64,000 nucleotides of DNA from Octopus sinensis (taxonomy: Eukaryota), in assembly GCF_006345805.1 (NCBI RefSeq), contig NC_043009.1, positions 57,660,001 to 57,724,000 of the forward strand, read 5' to 3'. This document shows positions 54,244 through 64,000 of the stretch, piece by piece. Position numbers and translations under genes: made by a program. Each line of letters starts with the position of its first letter. Positions within the stretch are counted from its first letter, which is position 1. The notes under the pieces were generated by a model. It was not told where the DNA came from. It made no database searches and was given only the letters and a program-made list of their open reading frames with translations.

Positions 54244-57227
54244 TAAAGAAGGAAGAGAGAGGAGGAAAGAAAGATCCCAGAGCGGGCAACAGGGGAGGAA
54301 GAGAAAAAAGACGACTGGTGTTTACGAGTTGCACATGGTGAAGGCGGATGTTGACGATAACAAGAGCAAAGTGGGTTTTTAAAGGCAAAAGAGTGGAGAC
54401 AAGGTTGGTAACCCAACAGATGTGTGTGTATGTGTGAGTGTGTGCATGTGCGTGTGTGTATGTGTGTGTGTGAGGCGAGATGAAAAACAAAAAAAAAAAA
54501 AAAAAAAAAATATGTGTGTGTTAGTGTGTGCGTCTGTGTGTAGGCGTGTGAGGTAGGCGAGAGACTAGTGGTCAGCTAGCAGACAGAAAAAGAGGAAGGA
54601 GGAAGGGAGGTCAGTAGTAAGAAAAAGAAGGAAGGAGGAAGGAGGGAGGGAGGGAGGGGTGGGGGCGTATGTAGCGTGCCAGCGTGTGTTGAGTAGTAGT
54701 GTGTGTGTGTGTGTCCAGTGTCGTGGTGGTATTAATGAGTAGATTGAATGTGTGTAAGAGTGATGTATATTATAGGCAAGGTGTGTATAGTGTGCGCGTG
54801 TGTGTAACGAAAAAGGGGGGGGGTTAAGGAAAAAGGACTCCAGCTGAGGGGAAGATGGAAGAGTGGTACCGCGGAGACAGGCGTGGGAAAACCCAACGAC
54901 ACGCGACGGTCCCAGGAACGGGCGGGAGGTCTCGTCAGGTCCAAGGGCGAGGTGTATGCGACGCGTATGCAACGCGAGCCGGCGTAAGTGCGTATGTGCG
55001 CGTGCCTGCGAGTATGCGCGTACGTATGTATGTGTGTGGATGTGTGAGTGTGTCTGTGTGTATGTCTGGGTGGCAGTGTGTGCGATGAATGTATGTGAGT
55101 ATGTGTGTATGTATGTGTGTGCATAGATGTATGTCCGTGTGTGTGTGTATGTGTGTGAGTGTGTATGTATGTACGTGTGGGTGTGGGGAAGTGTGTGTAT
55201 GTGCATGTGTGTGCGCGTACATACAGGTGTGTGAGTAAGTGTGTGTGTGTGTATGTATGTGTGAGTGTGTATGTATGTGTGTGTCGGATGCATGTATGTG
55301 TATGGGTGTATGTATGCGTGTGTGTATGTATGTATGTGTACGTGCGTGTGTGTGTGTGTATGCGTGTAGGTGTGCGCGTGTGCATGCATGCATGCATGTG
55401 CGTATGTGTGTGTGTGTGTGTGCATGTTGTGTGGGTATATAGTATGTGCGTATATGTGTGTGTATGTGCGTACATGTGTGTGTGTGGTATGCATGTGTGT
55501 GTATGTAGGTGTGTAGGCGTGTGTGTATAGGGTATGTATGTTAAGTATGTGTGGGTGTGTCCGTGTATGTGTGTGTATGTATGTGTGTGTATGTAGGTGT
55601 GTGGGCGTGTGTATATGTGTGTGTATGTACGGTGTGGGCGTGTGTATATAGGTGTATGTCTGGGTGTGTCCGTGCATGTTTGTGTGTGTGTGTGTATGCA
55701 TGTGTATGTGGGTGTGTGTGTACGTGTGTAATGTATGTGTGTGTGCGTGTGTATGCGTGCGTGTGTGTATGTAGGTGCGTGTGTATGTGTGTGGGAGTGT
55801 AGGTGTGTGTGTGCGTGTGCGTGTTTATGTTGGTGTGTACGTATGTGAGTGTGAGTGTATGGGTGTTTGTCATGCATGTGTGTGCGCGTGCAGGTGAGTG
55901 TGTGTGTAAAGTATGTGTGTGTGTATGTTTGTGTGAGTGTGTAAGTGTGTATGTCTTTGTGTATGTATGTGCGTATAGGAGTATGTGGGTATGTGTGTAT
56001 GTATGTATATGGGTGTATGTATGTATGTGTGTGTGTGTGTGCATGTGTATAAGTATATGTGTGTGTGCGTATGTGTGTATATGTAATGTGTGTGTGTTTA
56101 TTATGTGTGTATGTATGTGTGTAGGCGTGTGTGTGTGTGTAGTGTGTGTATGTATGTATGTGGTGGGTGTGTTTCCGTGTTGTGTGTGTGTAGGTAGATG
56201 TGTGTGTCTGAATGAGGGTATGGCTGTGTAGGTGTGTGTGTGTATGAATGTAAGTGTGTGTGTATACAAGTGTAATGTATGTATGTAGGTGTGTGTGTGT
56301 GTGTGTATGTGTACGTGTGCGTGTGTATGTGTTGTGTGTATGCGTGTGAGTGTGAGTGTATGGGTGTATGTCTGTGTGTGTGTATGTCTGAAGTAGGTAT
56401 GTATGTGTATGTATGTATGTGTGTGTGTGTGCAGGTATGTGTGTGTATGTGTGTGTGTGAGTAGGTGTGCGTGTATGTATGTGGGTAGGGATGCATGCGA
56501 GTGTGTGGTGGGTATGTATGCATACATACGTACGCGCACATCCGAAGCAAGCCCACACGCACAAAGCGCGCTCACGCACACAACGCACAAGCAGTACAAC
56601 GCAAGCCCAAGGGGCCGACCAAGCCCCCAGCGCGCGCCAAGGCGCGCGAGCGCAAAGGCCCTCGAACGCCCCGCTACGCGGGAACCGAGGATCCATCAGC
56701 CAAAACCGGAAAGCAGAAAAGAGGGGGGCTGCCTGGATGCAAAGGTGTATGTGTGTGTGCATTCAGTGTAAGGTGTGCATGTGTGGGCATGTATGTATGT
56801 ATGTGCCTACATGTATGTTTGCATGTGTGTGTGTGAAGTATGTACGTGCGGTGTGTGTGTGTGTGTGTGTGAGTGTGTGTGTATGTATGTGCGTAGGTAT
56901 GTGTGTGTGTATGTGTGTATGTATGTCTGTGTGTGTGTGTGTGTGTAAGTATGTATGTGTGTGCGTATGTATGTATGTGTGTGTGTATGTGCATGTTGGT
57001 TTGTATGTTAGTGTGTGCTAGTATGTCTGTAAGTGTGTGTGATTAAATGTGTGAATGTATGTACGTAAATGGGTCTGCGTATGTGTGTGTGTGAACAGGC
57101 GTGTGGGAGGTAGGTGGTTGGGTGTGTGTGGGAGGTAGGTGGGTGGGTGTGTGCGTGTGGGAGGCAGGTGGGTGTGTGTGTGTGGGTGGTGTGCAAAAAA
57201 AAAAAAAAAAAAAAAAAAAAGCAGATC

Positions 57228-58850
57228 TCAAGAGGAGGGGGCTGTGTTAAGTCCGTGTGGGGTGGTAGTTTGTAGGGTGAAGATGTAGCGTTGCTCCAAG
57301 TGGAGCCTGGAAAGTGGGCGACCTTGGTGGGGGGCGAGACCAAACACTGAGATGTCATCTAGGGAATGGCCGGCCGAACGGAAGTGGCGTGCGACGGGAG
57401 AAAGAGAGTGTAGGCGAACGTCCCTTAAGTGCTCAGTGAAACGGTCGGACAACCGGCGTCCCGTCTGTCCTACATACAGCATCCCGCATAGGTTGCATTT
57501 AATGCAGTAAATAAGGCCAGACGAGGTGCCTAATGCGTACAGTGTGCAGGTTGGAGCCGGTGACAGCGGTGGTGTTGGTGATGAAGGGGCAAGTGTTGCA
57601 GCGGGATCTAGAGCAAGGGAATGATCCGTGTGGGGCTGAGGGGAAGGAGAGAGGGTGCTGTGGCAGGAGGTCACGCAGATTGCGGGCTCGTTGAAAGAGG
57701 ACAGGGGGGTAGAGTTAGGGAAAATGGGGCGGGGTGGTGGGATCAAGCTGGAGGCGACGGAAGGCACGTAGTATCTTGCGACGAAGGGGTAGGGTAGAGG
57801 GGTGGAAAAGGAGGGGAAGGGGGTGCGATTGGGGGGTGGGCGGGGGAAGGAGACAGGGCGGTAGTGCGGTCGATGCGACGGGCGCGGGTGAGGGCATCAG
57901 AGAGGAGTATGGGTGGGTAACCTCGGAGTCTGAACATGCGGGCCAGGTATTGAGATTGGGTCTCGAAATCCTGGTCGCGGCTGCACAAACGTCGGAGGCG
58001 GAGGAACTGGGAGTAGGGGATGGCTCGTTTGGTGTGGAAGGGGGGGGAGGAAGAGGAAGAGAAGTTGAGATAGAGGTGGGAATCCGTAGGTTTAAAAAAG
58101 GCGGTGGTGGTGGTGAGAGATCTGGAGGGGTGATCGATGCGGAGAGAGATGTCAAGGAAGTTGACAGAGGTGTTGGAGATGGTGGAGGTGAATTGAAGGG
58201 AGGGGTGAAAGTTGGAAAGGAAAGAGATGAATTGGCAGAGAAGTTCGCGGGAAAGGGAGGTGGCACCTACGCAGTCGTCGATATAGCGACCGTATAGTTC
58301 GGGGTCGGCCAGAGAACTGGGAGAACACTTGGGCCTCAATGTAGCCAAGAAAGAGACTGGCGAAATTGGGGCCCATCCTAGTTCCCATCGCGACCCCGGA
58401 CACCTGTTGGTACGTTTCCCCGGCGAACGTGAAGCAATGAGGGTGAGGACGAGCTCGGCCAAACGAGAAGAAGGGTGGGGGTGCTGGGGGTGGGGTCGGG
58501 ACGACGGTCGAGGAAGTGTTGGAGGGCTAGGAGACCGTCGTGTGGGGAATCACTGTGTACAGGGATTTTACATCTAAAGTGAAGAGGAGGTGAGGGGCTG
58601 GAAGGGAAGGAAAAGGAATTGAAGAGACGGAGGGCGTGGTTGGTGTCGTGTATGTGGATGGGAGGGCTGCGACTAAGGGGGACAGGATGCGGTCGAGGTA
58701 TAGGGAGATGAGTTCAGTGGGGCAATTACAGGCAGAGACTATGGGACGGCCAGGATTAGAGGGTTTATGGATCTTGGAAGGAAGTAGAAGTGATGTGGAG
58801 GTGCGGGGTGTGGGGACGATGAGGTTGGTGGCGGTGAGGGGGAGAGCGAG
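57228..58850 (-). pseudogene. Penelope-like RT plus Cys linker plus GIY-YIG endonuclease (frameshifted)
   Basis: FYFLPKIHK..PGRPIVSACNCPTE; LFTLDVKSLYTVIP; GVAMGTRMGPNFASLFLG; RYIDD; VNFLD; KPTDSH.YL; IPYSQFLRLRRLCS; RGYP; CSRSRCNTC linker; LIYCIKCNLCGMLYVGQTGRRLSDRFTEH..VARHF..E..GLN; stop at 57228. Confidence 0.93.
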
Positions 58851-58861
58851 AGATATATATA

Positions 58862-58980
58862 TATCGGTTGGTGCATATTATTGCGGCTTTTTTTCAATAA
58901 ATTTTATTCAACAAAAACAATAACAACATTTAACAAAGGCTACTTTAAATGATTATTACGGAGCATATTCACCACCTACT
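58862..58980. mobile_element. Mariner terminal fragment (Hsmar1-like TIR)
   Basis: TA-TCGGTTGGTGCATATTATTGCGGCTT resembles TTAGGTTGGTGCAAAAGTAATTGCGGTT. Confidence 0.6.
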
Positions 58981-59311
58981 TCAATTTCTGCTTGGTCGGC
59001 CTGAGGCTGTAGCAGAAGACACGTGCCAAAAGTGTTAGGCAGCGGAATGTACACGGAAAAGTGTAGTTCGGAAGCAAACTTCTTACCACGCAGTTACTTT
59101 GTGCGACGCTCTCAATATTTCCCTACGGATACGGATGTGATCCGAATAATATTGTTAAAGTTTAACTGGTGCCACAAACAGAAGATAAAAATAAAAGACC
59201 AATGCAGTGAGCAAAACAGCTAATAGAAGAGAGACAGAGAGAGAGTAAGAGAGGGAGAGATAGAAAACGAGAGAAAGATATATTTAAATTTTTTTAATGA
59301 ATCATATGAAT

Positions 59312-60284
59312 ATATATTTCTTTATTACCCACAAAGGGCTAAACACAGAGAGGACAAACAAGGACAGACAAAGGGATTAAGTCGATTACATCGGCCCCAG
59401 TGCGAAACTGGTACTTTATTTAACGACCCCGAAAGGATGAAAGACAAAGTCCACCTCGGCGGAATTTAAACTCAGAACGTAACGGCAGACGAAATACCTA
59501 TTTCTTTATTACCCACAAGGGGCTAAACATAGAGAGGACAAACAAGGACAAACAAACGGATTAAGTCGATTACATCAACCCCAGTGCGTAACTGGTACTT
59601 AATTTATCGATCCCGAAAGGATGAAAGGCAAAGTCCACCTCGGCGGAATTTAAACTCAGAACGTAACGGCAGACGAAATACCTATTTCTTTACTACCCAC
59701 AAGGGGCTAAACATAGAGAGGACAAACAAGGACAAACAAACGGATTAAGTCGATTACAATCGACCCCAGTGCGTAACTGGTACTTATTTATCGACCCCGA
59801 AAGGATGAAAGGCAAAGTCGACCTCGGCGGAATTTGAACTTAGAACGTAACGGCAGACGAAATACCTATTTCTTTATTACCCACAAGGGGCTAAACACAG
59901 AGAGGACAAACAAGGACAAACAAACGGATTAAGTCGATTACATCGACCCCAGTGCGTAGCTGGTACTTAATTTATCGACCCCGAAAGGATGAAAGGCAAA
60001 GTCCACCTCGGCGGAATTTGAACTCAGAACGTAACGGCAGACGAAATTCCTATTCCTTTATTACCCACAAGGGGCTAAACACAGAGAGGACAAACAAGGA
60101 CAAACAAACGGATTAAGTCGATTACATCGACCCCAGTGCGTAACTGGTACTTAATTTATCGACCCCGAAAGGATGAAAGGCAAAGTCCACCTCGGCGGAA
60201 TTTGAGCTCAGAACGTAGCGGCAGACGAAATACCGCTAAGCGTTTCGCCCGGCATGCTAACGATTCTGCCAGCTCGTCACCTTC
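59312..60284 (-). mobile_element. SINE family A: one head plus five 184-bp body units, with a 16-bp TSD
   Basis: Unit boundaries at 59315, 59499, 59683, 59867 and 60051; AATGAATCATATGAAT at 59296-59311 and 60285-60300. Confidence 0.93.
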
Positions 60285-61686
60285 AATGAATCATATGAAT
60301 TTAATGATTCCCAACTTTGGTGTTTTGTCCGACAACTATGATACTCACCTCTTCCTTCAGCCAATATTTTAATTCACTCCTCCCCATCTCTCATCTACGC
60401 ACACTACGATGGTATAACATGTTATTTTCAACTGACCCCTTTAAGAACAATAGTCTAAAGCAATACGTAACGTATGGCTTGGCATTTTATCTATAGCGAT
60501 AATGGCTGATCAACCAGACACATACAGTCTCTTGCCCTTTTTAGTTTTTCACACCTACCTTCCCATCATTATTCGTCGACATCCACAACCATATACATTC
60601 AAACGCACACACATACAAACATACGCGTGCACGCACATACACATACTTCCTTACGTATATACACGAAACACTACACACTCGTTTGCAGAAGTGTTTTGGA
60701 CCTGTTGCAAATGACATTTACGACGCTGATAATTAGAACCAAGCTATCCTTGATTGAGCAGACAAATGATCAAAGACGTTCTTGACACAATTATCTCGTC
60801 TTTCTTCCTTTCTTCCTTCCTTTCTTTCTTTCTTTTTTCCTTCCTTCCTTTCTTTCTTTCTTTCTTTCTTTTTTTTCTTTCTTTTATATCAGGGACCATT
60901 TCATTCTGCCCTTTTATGGCAACAGAAAGTGATTCAAGGGAGATGTAACTGCTAACTCTACGAGCAAAAGCGAGCTTCTTCATTGGCTGAAAAGGACCAC
61001 GCAGAGAAGTTTTAGGCCTTAGCCGACCCTGATTTAGCTCACTTCTAATCAAATGCATTCCAGCTATGACCATTCCGTTCTTACTTCCGGGTATACTATA
61101 TCCAAAATTACATTACCCACTACGCATAAATTTAAAGCTGTAGGAAGAGATTTGAGGGAAATTTAGTTATTATTTCTAGCATGTTCAGAGATCCCATCCG
61201 CAGAGACGGTGTCGTTGTATGGAAGGCTCTGTATGTAAAAAGGAAAAAAAAAATAACAGAAAAGAGAAATTAGGACATTCACATTTTCCCTGTTCTATCA
61301 ACGGTGGAACGAAACTGGGTCTCGTAAACCATCGATTCGGATTTTTATCGCGATTGACGACTGGGCGACTTTAATACTACTGCAAATACTACTACTACTA
61401 CTACTATACTACTACTATTGCTGCTGTTGTTGCTGCTGCTGCTACTACAACAGCTACTACTGCTACTAATGCTGCTGCTACTATTGCTGTTGTTGCTGCT
61501 GTTGCTGCTGTTACTACTACTACTACTACTACTACTATTACAACTGTGGCTGCTACTGTCGCTACTGTCGCTACTGCTCTCTTGCTGCTGCTGCTGCGGC
61601 TGCTACCACTACCACCACCACCACAACCACCACTACTACTACTGCTACTACTACTACTATTAGTACTGCTACTGCTGCTGCTGTTG

Positions 61687-61722
<36 letters not shown>

Positions 61723-62090
61723 TGATGTTTCCGTTGTGGAAGGTTGTTCCAGTTATTTATGTTCTTGATATTCTTTTTTATCATCCCGGCGCCGCTGCTG
61801 CTGCTACTGCCGCTGCTGCAAATATTGCTGTTGTTGTTGCTCTTGATATTGCTGTTGTAACATTGCATTTCTTGCTGTTTTCATTGATTCTCTGATATAT
61901 CCCCCTCACCCCCCCCCTGCCCTGCCATTTCACCCGTTCCATATTTTGTGATATATGGGCATGTATTGTTAAAGTGAACAAAACTCTATTTGGGACACTT
62001 CAGATAGAACATGACTCATAACAGTTAAATTATTTCAAGCAATAGATGTTGGTTCTTTTTTTTTAGCCCTAGGACAGTTTCGATCATTCC

Positions 62091-62235
62091 TATATAAGGG
62101 AGTGCTGAGGAAAGTTCCTGGATTTAAGGGTGTCGTGAAAGGACTGGTTCGAGCGCCAACCTTCCGAGTTCTTTTACAGACCTTAGAAAAAGGCTGCCAT
62201 ACGTGTGCCAGTCTGAGAGAAGGGAATATGTTGCG
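62091..62235 (+). mobile_element. Mariner-derived MITE fragment
   Basis: TATAAGGGAGTGCTGAGGAAAGTTCCTGG TIR-like start; later AGTCTGAGAGAAGGGAATATGTTG resembles the mariner C-terminal GxYVE region. Confidence 0.6.
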
Positions 62236-62293
62236 TGACACATGCGGCAAGGTCTTCCCATTATAGCCTCGGGCCGACCAAAGCTTCTGAGGG

Positions 62294-62393
62294 NNNNNNN
62301 NNNNNNNNNNNNNNNNNNNNNNNNNNNNNNNNNNNNNNNNNNNNNNNNNNNNNNNNNNNNNNNNNNNNNNNNNNNNNNNNNNNNNNNNNNNNN
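62294..62393. other. Assembly gap (100 N)
   Basis: Run of N. Confidence 1.
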
Positions 62394-64000
62394 CATGCTG
62401 CTTTAAATGATATTAATACTACCACTAAATATGTTCGCTGGGAAATTAAATATAGATAATAGAATAAATACCACGGGTGCACAAAGTCCGTACTATACAC
62501 ATAAAATCTGCGATCTGAAACCTAACAATGGCTTGCTTATTAAACTCTAAAACAATCATAAACATATCTAGTCACACCAGTAAAAAAATTTAAAAACTCC
62601 ACAACCAGAGTCGAATCCATCCTTCCAAAACAATACTAATGTTCTCTTAAAACACTTCCTTTCCCGTTACTCCAATCCACTAAACTGACAAAAAATGAGT
62701 ATTCCTCCGAAGGACAGGTCTTCCGTTCAAGGAGTGAATATAGACGCCACAGAATTCGGGAAACCGTCCTTATGAACCTAGATCCCGGGAATGATGTGTG
62801 ATCCTTACTTTTCTTTTCAATGCTCGCTTAATATGATTTCAGTGACATCCAATTAAAGTGCAAATATTTTTTCAGTATGATATTTAATATAATATTATAT
62901 TTAATATAATATGATATTTAATATAATATACAATGTTGCAATCCATTCTAATCGTCCCTCTACGCATTGCAAATATGTTACATCTATTCTACTATGATTC
63001 AAATTTATTTTGCGTCTTTGAACTTGAGTGGAAACGCAGTAGCTTTGAGGAAAGTTAATGTGATTCTAGAACAATGAAGATTGTTAGAGATGTATAAACA
63101 CTTCTTCTTTCTTTCAGAGAGTCTTTATACAAGAATAATATCCACGTATTATTGAAATAAAATACAGAACAAAATCTATTCATTGTCATCATGAAACTAA
63201 AATTTATTGAAGTTACACTGAATTAACAAAATTCTTTATACTGACACTTTTTGAAACGTACTTCAAAATCTGCATTTATATGCAATTTATTCTAATCATC
63301 TGAAGAATATTTATTGATGACACGATTAATAATGTATCCTTATGTCTCTATCCAAACGTTATAATTATATAGCAAGTTCTTAAAATGAAACCCTGAGAGG
63401 ATTCGGATAACATGACTGTATGAAATATATCCACAATATGATATTAACCCCAAATAAAATGGCTTAAGTGGTATATGTCATATAATATAGCGTGGCACAT
63501 CAGATCTTTAAATTAGAGCTGCAATTTATCCGACCGGCTTTAATGCAATTTACATCAATCCTACTTCGATTTGCTCGAAGTTATGTCAAAAGACAATGGC
63601 TCTTGTTGCCACACAATATAATTAAATTTCATTCTTACAAAGCTAAATTCTCAAATATGTATCCCCAAAATATTGTCAGCATCAACTGTAAAAAGCTTTC
63701 CTGTACAACATATACATAGAGTTGACGGAAAATGCATTTAAAGTTCCTATAACTAACATTTCCATCTTTACGCATTCGTAATTTAAAAAGATACATATTT
63801 CATTGTGGATCTTCATCTAGTCCCTAGAACATTGTGACGCACCTTATATAAGTTGGAAAAAAGGGTTTTTTTCCTGTAAACAGTATTGTAGTCACCAAAA
63901 GCCTCGTCACGTTGTACAGACACACCTAACGGAACCTCTTTCTCTTATATTTACTCAACAATCGTTTCGAATTTATTTCTGTTTGTAGAGACAAGGTGTT

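Larger units (their letters stand above)
54170..58850 (-). mobile_element. 5'-truncated Neptune-type Penelope-like retroelement with a very long microsatellite-filled 3' region
   Basis: ORF remnants 58850-57228 followed by about 3 kb of (CA/CATA)-type sequence containing unique islands and hammerhead motifs. That the distal tail belongs to the same insertion is inferred. Confidence 0.7.

Noticed and set aside
54565-56762. 676-aa and 378-aa His/Thr-rich ORFs
   Set aside because: Products of the (CA/CATA)n tract, open in several frames on both strands.
59315-60235. Regular repeats suggesting a CRISPR array (also 13378-13860 and 31307-31947)
   Set aside because: Whole units repeat with no unique spacers, no cas genes, eukaryotic context.

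Overview
Repeat-dominated, AT-rich animal genomic DNA. The SINE, microsatellite and MITE content looks like Octopus (inference from family recognition, not verified). No intact host protein-coding gene is supported. Almost all long ORFs in the track are microsatellite artefacts, so the window is probably deep intron or intergenic. Recognisable decayed elements are a foldback mariner, a hAT (GTF2IRD2/SPIN-like) transposase, a near full-length Tc1, a Helitron-like element, RTE and R4-type LINE fragments, a 5'-truncated Neptune-type Penelope-like element (RT plus GIY-YIG) and several tRNA-derived SINE families. Three observations stand out. (1) Several unrelated short elements carry Penelope-type hammerhead ribozyme cores and sit in inverted or direct terminal duplications. 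One of these joins a tRNA-like Pol III head to a hammerhead tail, a candidate Penelope-dependent SINE. (2) A SINE with five tandem 184-bp body units is enclosed by a single 16-bp target-site duplication. (3) A roughly 2.4-kb imperfect palindrome is centred on two outward-facing hammerhead cores. Two candidate microexons are also noted. All alignments, translations and folds were done by eye; no searches were run.
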